A stretch of DNA of 64,000 nucleotides from Octopus sinensis (GCF_006345805.1 NC_043001.1:22568001-22632000), one strand, 5' to 3'; positions 12,030-24,739 are shown, counted from the first letter of the stretch. The notes: a model not told the origin generated them from the letters alone. Numbers and translations are program-made.

Positions 12030-12810
12030 GACAGAGTGTAAGCACTCTGAGAGACAACTGCACTGGTGTGGTCATGTGTTGTGAATGGATGTCAGCTGTG
12101 TGAAAAAGTGTCACACTCTAGCAGTTGAGGGAACCTGTGGAAGAAGTAGACCCAGGAAGACCTCGGATGGGGTGGTGAAGTATGAACTTCAAACATTGGG
12201 CCTCACCGAGGCAATGACTAGTGACCGGGACCTTTGGAGACATACTGTGCTTGAGAAGAACTGACAAAGTCAAGTGAGACCATAACCCGTGGTCTATGCC
12301 AGTGGTGTATAACCAGCCCATTTATGAATACCCCTCATACATTGGAAAATAAACCTTGCTTGTGAAGACCTGTTGAGGCAAGTGAAATCAAAATCACTGA
12401 CGTGGTCAATGATGTGCCAGTGGAATCTTAAAAGCACCATCCAAGCATGATCGTTGCCAGGGCTGCTGACTGGCTCCTGTGCCAGTGGCATGTAAAAAGC
12501 ACCATTCGAGCGTGATCATTGCCAGCATTGCCTTACTGACACATGTGCCGGTAGCACGTAAAAAACACCTTTTGAGCATGGTTGTTGCCAGTACTGCCTG
12601 ACTGGCCCTCATGCCAGTGGCATGTAAAAGCACCCACTACACTCTCGGAGTGGTTGGCATTAGGAAGGGCATCCAGCTGTAGAAACTTTACCGAATCAGA
12701 TTGGAGCCTGGTGCAACCTTCTGACTCGCCAGTCCTCAGTCAAACCGTCCAACTCATGCCAGCATGAAAAGCAGATGTTAAACGATGATAATGATGATGA
12801 TGATGATGAG
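12030..12810 (+). mobile_element. RTE LINE 3' end
   Basis: CVKKCHTLAVEGTCGRSRPRKTSDGVVK followed by the 3' UTR array and (GAT)n. Confidence 0.9.
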
Positions 12811-13162
12811 GTGAACCGCGATATGGTGAGGGATTACTGTACACATACTACATAATATGAAATGTGAAGAATTCTGAAAAATACCCCACTTTATCAAAAA
12901 CAAGATAACTCAGGTTCCCATGTCTCAAGTGCATGTGCACAGAACCATGTATATTTGGTTCTTGCATATAAGGATTAATAGAATATTTTCTACTGTTCAA
13001 TAAATACAAATAGATATGAGACTGACACAACAATTGTACTGAGTTGAAAAATAATAAAAGCTATTACAATAGATAAATTGGAAGATAAAAGAATTTAGAC
13101 AAAAATATATTCATTCAAACAATTTTGCTGATTATATTTTTAAGGTTTACATTTAAACTGAC

Positions 13163-13247
13163 CTTTAGTTGTACCCAACAATATAGGACCAGTGAGGGTA
13201 TCATTTGTATTTTGGGTGTTCCAGCCAACAGCATTTATTAGGTTTCC
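13163..13247 (-). CDS. VPS18: VPS18 coding exon 5 (GNLINAVGWNTQNTNDTLTGPILLGTTKG)
   Basis: VGWN...TGPILxGT motif as in human VPS18; donor GTCAGT; phases 0/1. Confidence 0.95.
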
Positions 13248-14361
13248 CTTTAGAGAGATACAAACAAAAATATAGTACTACTGCAAAATTTTAGGACAAG
13301 TTTAAATGGTTATTAAAAATATCATTATTGATCTCATAAATTCTTTGTATTCAGTAAACAAGTATCAAGACATTTTGATATTTATAACTGAATATAATAT
13401 ACAGTATTTGATGGTATAAAAAATATACAGGCTTATTAGATGCACCCCAATCTCAGCAGCACCATATTCAAGGTAAAAAAAAGAGAAGTTTTTAATGCAT
13501 TAAAGTATGTAATAGGCCCAACTTCATGTAAAGGATCAAAGGTGATTTTTTAAAGACATTTATTTTTGAGAAAAAGCATGTCTTGCATACCAGTTAATAT
13601 GGTACTTTTAACATGGTGTTCAGAAAATTTATTTATTCTTTTAGGAATTGACTTCTTTTTTAAAATGCAGAAAGGTAAACGGCTATGTTTAAAGTCCAAA
13701 GGTTTAAAGCAAGACAGATAAGTCAGCCCATGCTGGATCTCAAATCAACACTGGTCTAGATATTTCAATAATTATCATCATTAATAACAAAATTTGACAT
13801 CCATCACCAATAACCCAGACAAATTCAATAATCTTTTACTGGTATTCTAGATAAATACAAAACATATACAAACAAATGTGGTTGAAAAATGTTTTAATCT
13901 TAAGACCCGAAGTGTGAGTTTGGTCCAACTATAAAAATCTTGCATTGACTAAACCCATTTTGTTTATCATAGCCACAAACACCATAAAGGCTTTGAAGAT
14001 GTAAAATAAAAATTGAAAACACTGAATCACAATCTGCATGGAATATGTCCATGCCACACTCCACACAATCAAACAATACATGATTGAAATTATGTGATGT
14101 GGTAGACTGTCAGGTATATTGTAATTACTGGCTATTTCAGTGCAGAGCTGATTAAGGCCACATAATAACAATCTTATCATGTTGTAATTATTATTAAAAA
14201 AAAAATGCAATAATTTTAATTTAGAAATAAAAAGCTAATAGTTGTAGTTCGAAAGTCAATGTCTATGTTTTAAAAAAAATTATATTTGGAAGAGTAATAA
14301 AAACTAAAATAATATTCGAAATACAAGATATATATCATAAGCAAATATTAAAACAACGAAC

Positions 14362-14513
14362 CTTTAGTTTACTTATTGTCTTTGTTTTTTTAGAATTACG
14401 ACACAAGTAATAAACCTCAGCTGATTGTTCCATACTGATGAGTAGATGACGGCCAGTTGGGTCGAGGAATATTTTGTGAATTCTATCCTCTATCATTTTT
14501 GGCAGTTCAATTT
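14362..14513 (-). CDS. VPS18: VPS18 coding exon 4 (EIELPKMIEDRIHKIFLDPTGRHLLISMEQSAEVYYLCRNSKKTKTISKLK)
   Basis: Contains the conserved HKxFLDxTGxHLLI motif; ttttgcag acceptor, GTTCGT donor; phases 1/0. Confidence 0.96.
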
Positions 14514-15444
14514 CTGCAAAAAAAGGCAAATATTGTTTCACTTCTGTATTTAGTCAGTAAGATTCTTGATGTGAATTTGTGTGTTGAAATAAATTTTGTT
14601 GTGTCTTGGGAGGGTCATCACACCAATAATAATAACACACACACAAGTTCACTTTCACTTCTTGAAGCTGTGTGTGTGTGTGTGTGTGTGTGTTATTATT
14701 GGCATATTGACTCTCCTCAGAACAGCAAATATTGTTTCCAATCATATATACAAACAAATGTTTTAACTTTACCTGTCATTGATACAAAAGATAACATTTT
14801 GTTTTTCGAAAATTTGAATTGAGAAAATATTTATGTTGCATTCAATACTTCCTGTTAGTCAAGCAAGTAGAAAAATGATAAAAGCCCATATAATAGTGTC
14901 TTACATAAGATAGGAAATAAATAAATTTAGAAAGAGACTATGAGCGAGAGTAATTTGAAGTCTTTGCTACTGATGTTTAGTTGGGAGAAAGACAAGTGTT
15001 AAAAATATTGTTCTATAGAAGTACATAATAGGGAGTGCAGATTCCTATTTCATCCCAACTGAAAATAACATATGCAATAATGAAAGATGCATTACATAAG
15101 AAAATGATGAATTTTTTGGCAAATTATAGTATGGCTATGTGTTGGTGATCCATGCTTTATAATTGAACTGAATTAATTTTTTTTAACTATCACCATTATC
15201 GGTATATATACTCCGGTGAAATTAAGAAATCAATTCGTAAATAAATGAAACTCTTGAATCCATCACTGTATGCACACACACACAGTTGCATATCTATGTA
15301 TGTTTTTATGCACACATGTCTACGCAAATAAAGTACACCATGATTTATATACTTGCAGACAAGGGCCAATTCATATGAAAAAGAAAGTGAACAAAATAAT
15401 ACAACCCCTTGCTTATTGGGAAATTTGTAAGTTTGATTTAAAAA

Positions 15445-15832
15445 GGAGTGGCTGTGTGGTAAGTGTCTTGCTTACCAACCACATGGTTCTGGGTTCAGTC
15501 CCACTGCGTGGCACCTTGGGTAAGTGTCTTCTACTATAGCCTTGGGTCGACCAAAGTTTTGTGAGTAAATTTGGTAGACGGAAACTGAAAGAAGCCCGTC
15601 ATATATATGTATATATGTGTGTGTGTGTTTGTGTGTCTGTGTTTGTCCCCCCAACATCACTTGACAACCGATGTTCATGTGTTTACGTCCCGTAATTTAG
15701 CAGCAAAAGAGACCAATAGAATAAGTACTAGGCTTACAAAGAGTAAGTCCTGGGGTCGATTTGCTCGACTAAAGGCGGTGCTCCAGCATGGCCACAGTCA
15801 AATGACTGAAACAAGTAAAAGAGTAAAGAGAA
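15445..15832 (+). mobile_element. tRNA-derived SINE family 1
   Basis: Closely similar to 967-1384. Confidence 0.9.
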
Positions 15833-16137
15833 TACCAATGCTCTTGAGATCACCCTTGGCTCTGTGGAACAAACCCCTTGTTTTCAAGTGATCTAAATTA
15901 ATACCATCCACCAACAGTTCATTCTAATTTATATTCCAAACAGCAGTTTAATAATGACAAAATTATTGGACAAAAAAATCTCCATTTCTTTTCAAAATTA
16001 TTTTAAACAGAAGCAGTGTTTATTAGCAAAAAATATGGTAACAAAAGGATTAAAAGCAATCTTATGTATATCTATTGTTTTAAATGAGCTAAGTGCAAAA
16101 TATATGAACAGAAGATAAACAGTTAAGAAATACTAAC

Positions 16138-16247
16138 CGTCTTGTTGATGAGGATGCATCATATCCACTCGAATAATAACATTGCTGCAAGTAGCAATCA
16201 CTAGGAACCTACTACAAACAGTCATAGACAAAATTCTATCATGTGGT
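16138..16247 (-). CDS. VPS18: VPS18 coding exon 3 (PHDRILSMTVCSRFLVIATCSNVIIRVDMMHPHQQD)
   Basis: ttttgtag acceptor, GTTAGT donor, phases 2/1 continue the frame; aligns with human PSERITSLVVSSNQLCMSLGKDTLLRIDL. Confidence 0.92.
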
Positions 16248-16320
16248 CTACAAAAGAAAATAATAATATATAATTGCAATAGTTAAATAATCAATATTAA
16301 TACAAATATCAGTTGTTTAA

Positions 16321-16542
16321 CCCTTTCAATACCAACCCGACTGAAACCGCCTCTGGCTCTGTAGTACAAATGTCTTGTTTTCATAAGTTTTGAATTAAAA
16401 TCTTCCACCAAACCTTAGTCACAATTTATGTTCCAAACACTAGTTGAATGGTAACTAAGTTATTTTACTAAATTCTTTGTTATATTTAAAATTAATTGAA
16501 AGAAACACAGAGCATCTCAAAATAAATACGGTAATGAAAGGG
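16321..16542. mobile_element. piggyBac-type MITE family A, copy 2
   Basis: TTAA|CCCTTTC...GAAAGGG|TTAA; closely similar to 10015-10234. Confidence 0.85.
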
Positions 16543-17221
16543 TTAAACTTTGAACAAACTTTTAAGAATTAATCTTAGGGATTTCATCACAAATCAGTAA
16601 AATGATACTGAAATGATTCCACTGTATCTATTTAAATGTATTCATGCAGAAACTAATACATTTAGCAAGATTCATCAGTTTTACTAATACTTTTTCCCTT
16701 ACAACTTTAGAATTATTATCATCATCATTCACTTCACCATACTTGCATGGGTCAGAGGGAATCTGTTGAGGCAGAATTTCTACAGTCTGATGCCCTTCCT
16801 GTTGCTAACTCTCACTTGTTTCCAAGCAAGAAAATATTTCCTTATGACCAGACATCTTTTACATGTAAGACTGGAAATAAACCTTTCACATGATATCTCG
16901 ATAAGAGTATACAAAATCACATACACATGCATAAATGTGTGTGAGTGTGAGTGTAGCATGGAAAGCAGACGCTAAACGATGATGATATATATATATATAT
17001 AATATATATATATATACACATACAACAGATTATAGTAATAAAACTGATAATCATCCAGTATAGTGGAGGTGCATGGCTTAGTGGTTAGGGTGTTGCACTC
17101 ATGATAGTGGTTGTGGTTTTGATTCCTGGACCGGGTGATGCATGGTGTTCTTGAGCAAAACACTTCATTCTCATCATCATCATCATCATCGTTTAACGTC
17201 TGTTCTCCATGCGAGCATGGG

Positions 17222-17261
<40 letters not shown>

Positions 17262-17362
17262 ATATTTCGGAATGGTCATATTGCCAGTTTAGCCAAAATA
17301 TAACAATATCTGTTTCAACACACGACTTCACATAAAAAATCTTGCACAACAAATATTTAAAC

Positions 17363-17400
<38 letters not shown>

Positions 17401-17695
17401 TATATATTATATATATAACAGACTTCTAACAGTTCTGTCCACTAAATCTATGCACAAGGCTTTGGCTGATCCAGGACTGTGGTAGAAGACATTTGCCCAA
17501 GATGCTGCGCAATGGGGCTGAACCCAAGACCACATGGTTGGGAAGTAAGCTTCTTAACAATACATTTACACCCGCACCTGTAAATCATTCATTTAATAAT
17601 CACTGTAGAGTTGTAAGTGAATAAAAATGCATATTATCAGACTTAGCAACTTAAGAATTGATGAAATTCAAAATAAACAAAAAAAACAAACTTAC

Positions 17696-17769
17696 TTGTA
17701 TTCATTTTTAACTCTTCTAAATATAGGTTCTGTTTCACTGGTTGTCCTACCAGTATAGTGAGACACCAA
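17696..17769 (-). CDS. VPS18: VPS18 coding exon 2 (LVSHYTGRTTSETEPIFRRVKNEYK)
   Basis: Poly-T plus CAG acceptor, GTAAGT donor, phases 0/2; EPIFRR aligns with human VPIFTKQ. Confidence 0.88.
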
Positions 17770-18769
17770 CTGAAAAAAAAAAGGATCAATAAAATATATA
17801 ATTGCATATTATAGTAACAACTTTTCTTGTTTTTCCCCTTACCTCCTCAAAGAAAACACATATTTGCTGCTCAGCTACCTCTTAGGGAAAGAGGAAAATA
17901 CCTATAGTTTGCAAAGGCAAAAGATCGTTGGTAAAAGTTCTAAATGAGAATAAGTTTGTGTGGAAGCCAACTCCTACCACACATTTCTGAATGAAACAAA
18001 CCCTGATTGTTACATACCATTATTATTATTTAATGTCTGCTCCCCATACTAGCATGGATTGGACAGTGTGACAGGAGCTGGCAAGCCAAAAGACTGTGTC
18101 AAGCTCAACTATCTGCATCAGCATGGCTTCTATGGCTGGATGCCATTCCTCATGCCAACCACTTTAGAGTCTACTGTGTATTTTTTGTGTGGCAACCACT
18201 GAACTAAATTCGTTTCCAAACATTTGACTCATTAGTTCCATGTTGAGGCTGGTTGATTTAACAGCCTAAGATATTTAATTATTGAGGTAGGTTTAGCTGC
18301 AATTTGCCTCTGTGCCACTAGTGCAGGAGTGTAAAAGCAAAGAGGGATTGTGTGCATTAAAATCACTAATGATGATGACATCAAAGAGGTGTCAACATAG
18401 CCATCATCCATTTTTCCATGTAGGAATGAGCTAGATGATTTTCTCCAATATAGTACCTCGCCACGTGTGGTCTTTTGAGATCTCCTTTGTAAGGTTCAGC
18501 ACCTTGAGATCAACCACATCATTTCTTCTTCTGTAGGTTCCCTGTACTTGGATCACCAGGCATCTTTTAAACCAACCTTCAGGTGTGGCTGTGCGATAAG
18601 AATTTTGCTTCCCAACCACATGGTTTTGGGCTCAGTTTCACTGCATGTTACCTTGAGCAAGTGCCTTCTCAACATAGCCTTGGACTGACCAAAGCCTTGT
18701 GAATGGATTTGGTAGATGGAAACTAAAAGAAGCCCATTGTATATATACATGTGTGGGTGTGTGTATATA

Positions 18770-19520
18770 TATCATCATCATCATCATCATCGTTTAATGT
18801 CCGTTCTCCCTGCTAGCATGGGTTGGACGGTTCAACCGGGGATCTGGGAAGCCAGAAGGCTGCACCAGGCTCCGGTCTTATCTGGCAATGTTTCTACAGC
18901 TGGATGCCCTTCCTAACGCCAACCACTCCGTGAGTGTAGTGGGTGCTTTATACGTGCCACCTGCACTGGTGCCAGGCGAGGCTGGCATCGGCCACGGTCA
19001 GATTGGTGCATTTTACGTGCCACCTGCATGGAAGCCAGTCGAGGCAGCGCTGGCATCGGCCATGATTCGGATAGTGCTTTTTATGTATCTCCAGTCCAGG
19101 GGTCCTGGCATCTGCCGGGTGCCAGTCATAGGATTGGTTCAATTTCGATTCCGATTTCACTTGCCCCAACAGGTCTTCGCAAGCAAAGGGGAGTTGACAT
19201 AGGTGCCTGTCGTCGGATGAGGTTCGATATCGACTTCGCTTGCCTCAACAGGTCTTTGTGTGTCCAAGGGAGGAAAGGCATGCATAAGTGGGCTGGACTC
19301 ACTTGTCCTGCCTGGTCTTTTCACGCACAGCATATTTCCAAAGGTCTCGGTCGCTGGTCATTTCCTCAGTGAGACCTAAAGTTCGAAGGTTGTGCTTCAC
19401 CACCTCGTCCCAAGTTTTCCTGGGTCTACCTCTTCCACGGGTTCCCTCCACTGCTAGGGATTGGCACTTTTTCACACACCTACCTTCATCCATTCTCGCC
19501 ACATGACCATACCAGCGCAG
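18770..19520 (-). mobile_element. RTE LINE 3' end
   Basis: Intact C-terminal peptide RMDEGRCVKKCQSLAVEGTRGRGRPRKTWDEVVKHNLRTLGL, plus 3' UTR and tail. Confidence 0.92.
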
Positions 19521-19706
19521 TCATTAAGACCCAAAGGTGTCAGGTAATGCTGAATAAGTGCTATAGACAGACCATAGTTAAGTTACAGATTTGGTAATAT
19601 TGCAAATAAAGGGTTCAACGTTGGTTCTCTGTCAGCGTGTGTATATAAGAATTTTTTGTGTAATAAGATAAAAAACCAAGGCTGTATAGATATTAGAGTA
19701 TTTAAA

Positions 19707-19766
19707 CAAGGTTTTACAGCTGTTTCTAGGATATTAATTGATAATATCCCTTCATCGGAGATGGTG
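19707..19766 (-). ncRNA. Degenerate Penelope-type minimal hammerhead ribozyme (sense to the VPS18 pre-mRNA)
   Basis: CCGAUGA-A-GGGAUAUU/AAUAUCCU stem II-A-GAAACAGCUGUA, with palindromic stem III ACAGCUGU and a GUA cleavage triplet; U4C change and a stem I mismatch. Confidence 0.65.
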
Positions 19767-19876
19767 TGAGAGGAAAAATTAAGTCATAGTTAGTTTTGAT
19801 ACGATACAAATAGAGAATGAGGTGGAGGAAAGGAAATAGATGTAAGATATGTATGGGTATTGAATTTGTAAATCCA

Positions 19877-19972
19877 TTGTATAGGCATAATGGTATATAT
19901 GCAATATTCCAATATCCGTTTTACAGGCATAATGGTATATATGCAATATTCCAATATTCGTTTTATAGGCAT
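19877..19972. repeat. 42-bp tandem repeat x2.3
   Basis: Unit ggcataatggtatatatgcaatattccaatat(c/t)cgtttta(c/t)a. Confidence 0.9.
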
Positions 19973-20198
19973 ATATATATATATATATATAATATAATAA
20001 TATATGTAATAGGCATCCATATTAAATTCTTCTGTGTGTTAGAGTCCTCAACCAATGTTTGGCGATTATCCAAAAAAGCTGTATTAGCTCTTAGTGAAGA
20101 ATAGCGTCATTCGGGAGGTAATTTATTGGTAAAAATGCTAAGATCACAAAAGAAAGAAAGAGACCTCAATATTATGTAAATAGAGGAAATTTATTTGT

Positions 20199-20319
20199 AA
20201 ATTAATATGTTACCATTATTCAATAGCCAAAATAAAACTCTGAGTTTTGGATGCCGAAGTGGAAACTCCGAAACTCAGAGTTTTATCTTGGCTATTGAAT
20301 AATGGTAACATATTAATTT
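20199..20319. repeat. 52-bp-arm near-perfect inverted repeat
   Basis: Arms 20199-20250 and 20268-20319, 17-nt loop. Confidence 0.95.
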
Positions 20320-20433
20320 AGATATATATATATATGTGTGTGTGTGTGTGTATTTATGTATGCGTGTGTGTCCCACTACGCATGGAAAGTTGCATTTCAT
20401 ATAAAAAGAAATATAAACATTATAACAACTTAC

Positions 20434-20505
20434 CAAAGTATCATCTTGTGGAGGAGCAGCAACTCTGGAAGATTCTTGCTCATACTGATCAAGAATGGAT
20501 GACAT
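20434..20505 (-). CDS. VPS18: VPS18 coding exon 1 (MSSILDQYEQESSRVAAPPQDDTL)
   Basis: ATG at 20505; the N-terminus resembles human VPS18 MASILDEYENSLSRSA; donor GTAAGT; phase 0. Confidence 0.93.
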
Positions 20506-20537
20506 GATGTTCAGATTAGAAAATACTTTTTATCAAG
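20506..20537 (-). other. VPS18: VPS18 5' UTR part of the ATG exon; implies an upstream non-coding exon
   Basis: Acceptor-like gttttatttttttattatttcag ends at 20538, 32 nt upstream of the ATG. Confidence 0.65.
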
Positions 20538-20624
20538 CTGAAATAATAAAAAAATAAAACAATATACTTTAGAAGGTAAGGTTAAACAAACCAAATTACA
20601 TCTTAAAAACTTTGCATATGTGTG

Positions 20625-21160
20625 TATGTGTGTAGACCCAGGAAGACATGGGATGAGGTGGTGAAGAATGATCTTCGAATGTTAGGCCTAACAGAGGTGA
20701 TGACAAGTGACTGAGACCTTTGGTGATAAGCTGTGCTTGAGAAAACTCATCAAACAAAGCGAGATTGTAGTCATGACTGTTGCCAGTCATGTGAATGACA
20801 CCTGTGAAACTCTAATTTCAGCCATTGCCAGTAGCATGATCAACGAATGTCGGACCTCACAGAGGCAATGACAGGTGACTGAAACCTTTGGCGATATGCT
20901 ATGCTTGAGAAGGCTCTTGTCAAGCCAAGTGAAATTGTAGTTGTGGCTGTTCCCAGTGTCATGTAAATGGCACCCGTGCCAGTGGCACATAAAAAGCACC
21001 CAATACACTCTTGGAGTGACTGGCATTTGGAAAGGCATCTAACCGTAGAAGCCATGCCAAATCAGACTGGAACCTGGTGCAGCCCTCTGGCTTACCAGTT
21101 CCAGTCAAACTGTCTAACCCATGCCAACATGGAAAGCAGATGTTAAACAATGATGATGAT
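20625..21160 (+). mobile_element. RTE LINE 3' end
   Basis: RPRKTWDEVVKNDLRMLGL relic, 3' UTR and (GAT)n tail. Confidence 0.85.
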
Positions 21161-21499
21161 ATATATATATATATATACAGAGAGAGAGAGAGAGAGACAC
21201 ACACACACACATCTATGTACATTAAATACATCCAAATATATACATTATATACATCATACATACATACACATAGATAATCATAATGCATATTTGTGTTAAA
21301 GTTGTATTTTTTAAACCAGAGTTATAGGGTAGATTTTTCAGATGTTCACTATTACATGACTATAACTTGTGAGAGGGATGCAATTCAAGAAACAATACAA
21401 GGCATTGTATCTTTAACAGAACCCAAATTGATCTAAATGAATAAAAGAAAAAAAATGTCAATAGATTAAAGTAATAAAACCGATAATCATCCAGTATAG

Positions 21500-21725
21500 T
21501 GGAGGTGCATAGCTTAGTGGTTAGGGTGTTGCACTCATGATAGTGATTGTGGTTTCGATTCCTGGACCGGGTGATGCATGATGTTCTTGAGCAAAATATT
21601 TCATTTATGTTGCTCCAGTCCACTCAGCTGGCAAAAATGAGTAATCCGGCAACAGACCGGCATCCTGTCCAGTGCAGAATATATACATCAAAGAATCTAG
21701 GAAACTGGCCTTATTAGCCAATGGC
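21500..21725 (+). mobile_element. tRNA-derived SINE family 3
   Basis: tggaggtgcatagcttagtggttagg...ggtttcgattcc (A/B boxes). Other copies: 17064-17168 +, 41625-41875 -, 47545-47760 -. Confidence 0.85.
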
Positions 21726-24700
21726 CCCAAAAAGACCGTTGATGTTTTTTTTTTTTTTTTGGTATGCATCAAAACACACTATTGATTCAAATTATGATGA
21801 ATGTAAACAAAGTGTGCTTTTAGAAGTGCTGAGATGTACAGATAAGGAAATAATTTATTCTCAAATGCAGAATAATGCTGATAGAATAGCAGGAACAGGA
21901 TAAAATATCCATATTTTGTGGAAATGGCCCTGTAACTCTGATGACTATTTATATTTGCTGTTTTACTCAGATGCATACTTGATCAACTACCTTCATCAAA
22001 GTCATACTAATCACAGTATGGGATATTTATTTTTAATTAGGTTATTCAATGCAGTTGAAGGCTGTCATCATCATCATCATCATCATCGTTTAACATCCGT
22101 TCTCCATGCTAGCATGGGTTGGACGGTTTGACCGGGGATCTGGGAAGCCAGAAGGCTGCACCAGGCTCCAGTCTTATCTGGCAGTGTTTCTACAGCTGGA
22201 TGCCCTTCCTAACGCCAACCACTCCGTGAGTGTAGTGGGTGCTTTATACGTGCCACCTGCACAGGTGCCAGGCGAGGCTGGCAACGGCCACGGTCGGATT
22301 GGTGTATTTTATGTGCCACCGGCACGGAAGCCAGACGAGGCGGAGCTGGCATCGGCCACGAGTCGGATAGTGCTTTTTACGCCACGAGTCGGATAGTGTT
22401 TTTTACGTACCACCAGACCAGGGATCCTGGCTGGTTCAATTCGATTTCGATTTCGCTTGCCCCAACATGTCTTCGCAAGCAAGGGGGTTGGTATAGGTGC
22501 CTGTCGTACGGTCAGATTGGTGTATTTTACGTAAATATTAAAATGAAAATGATAAAAACAGTAAATGTAAATGAATTTATAAGCATTATATATCCATACA
22601 AAATTGTAGAAGAAATTTAACATGGCTTTATATGTGAAAAGCACTGGTGCTGGTGCCATGTTAAAAAGCCCCTAGTACACTCTGTAAAGCGGTTGGTGTT
22701 AGGAAGGGTAGCCAGCTGTAGAAACCAAGCCAGAACAAACTATGAAACCTTAGTACAGCCCCTGGCTTTTCCATTTCTTGTCAAGCCATCTAACCCATGC
22801 CAGCATGGAAAACAGAGATGTCAAATGTTGATGACAACATTGATGACATAGTAAATCTTAAATATTTCAAACACAAAAGTTTGCTAATATCATGCAAAAA
22901 AATTACTCTTCATCATCTTCAGCACTGAGGAAAATCTTCATAATCTTCAAAACGAAAGAAATCATTGTACAGCTCCTGTTCATTATCCTTATCTGTAATC
23001 ATAGACTGTATATCATCTGCTACTTCTTCATCATTATCATCATCATCATCATCATCGTTTAACATCCGCTTTCCATGCTAGCATGGGTTGGACGATTTGA
23101 CTGAGGTCTGGCGAACCAGATGGTTGCACCAGGCTCCAATCTGATTTGGCAGAGTTTCTACAGCTGGATGCCCTTCCTAATGCCAACCACTCTGAGAGTG
23201 TAGTGGGTGCTTTTATGTACCACTGGTACTGGCAGTGACCATGCTCAAATGATGCTTTTTATGTGCCTCTTGCATATGGGCCAGTCCAGCGGCACTGGCA
23301 ATGACCTTGCTCGAATGTTTTTTAGGCTAATATTTAGAAGATGGGGCTAGCAAAATATATCAACCCTAGCACTAGAGTAGTACTTTATTTTATCAACCCT
23401 AGAAGGATTGAGGGCAAAGTTGACCTCAGTAGGATTTGAGTTGAGAATGTAAAGAACCAGAATTAAATCCTACAAGGCAATATCAGAGATATTTGTCTTC
23501 TGAACCATCCAATGTTTTTTGAAAATTCCAAAAATTAACAATCCATTCACACACCAAAAGCAATGATGGAGTCCACATACTGTCTCCTCTCATACACGAT
23601 TCTTTATTTCCTTAATGCATCCAGTTTTTCCATTTCACCTTCTTCATTTCCTTAAATGTCTTAAAGAAACCTAGTTCAAATGATTGAAAAAACATTTCTA
23701 AGTCTTTAAGGAATTACTATTGCTATGTCAGTGTCTTGTGATTGGACACTATCAACAAGGCTCATTCTTGTTACTCAGATGCTCCTAAACAAGCAAAATC
23801 TATTCCTTCCAAAGTTCACCTAGTTCTAAATTCAAAACTTCCTTTAACCATTTCCATCATCCATCTTGATTTCTAACCTAATATTTAAATGATTTATATA
23901 GCAAAACAAAATAACTGTGGAAAAATACATTTCCTTACCATAACATTTATACACAAAATAATCCTTTGACTTAGCAAGTGAATATCTGCTAACTGTGAAA
24001 AAACTAGGATTGATATTTTCACAAGATAAATGGAAAATTCCAGATTTTCAACTTTTTGAAAGAAAATTAATTTTTACATACGATTTAGTCTTCTTCAAGT
24101 ATATATTGTACACACACACACACAAGCATATACACATGTATTTTATATATATTTTTCTTGGCTGTCACTTGTTATCAAGTACAAACTGACAGCATATTAC
24201 TTTTAGCTCTATATATTATCATCAAGATTTAATGTCCATGTTCTGTGCTGACATGGCTGGATGGTTTGACAAGATCTGACAGGTTCAAAGACAACGTCTT
24301 GTTCCAATGTCTACTTTGGTAAGGTTTCTATGGCCTGATCCCCCATCCCTAAAAGCAACCACTTTACAGCACATACTGGGTGCTTTTTCCATATCACCAG
24401 CAAGACAAGCCATCTAGGAGAGAGCGTTAAATCTATATAAATATTCATATGGGAGAGACATAAACTCTTTAAGCTGTAGCAAAGGTAAACTGTCAAGGGG
24501 AACAGTAACTCTGAATGAAAATTGATACAGAGTAGAGGGAACACTCAAGTCCTGAGAAGCAACCTCTTTAGTGCTGAAGAACATGATAAAATGCCCTGTA
24601 TAGCATTTGGTGATAGGAAGGGCATCCAGCCAATAAAACACAACCAAAATCATGAAAGACTTCAATACAATGAATAAGTCTGTGTATACAGGACTAACAC

Positions 24701-24739
24701 CATGGTTGTGCTGCATATGACAGTAAGATGGTTAGGTAG

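Noticed and set aside
22890-23035. Acidic peptide-like stretch on the minus strand (DNDEEVADDIQSM...), and a similar one at 45240-45310 on the plus strand
   Set aside because: Short, frameshifted, low-complexity sequence continuous with (GAT)n tails; it may be a transposase N-terminal relic but cannot be supported.
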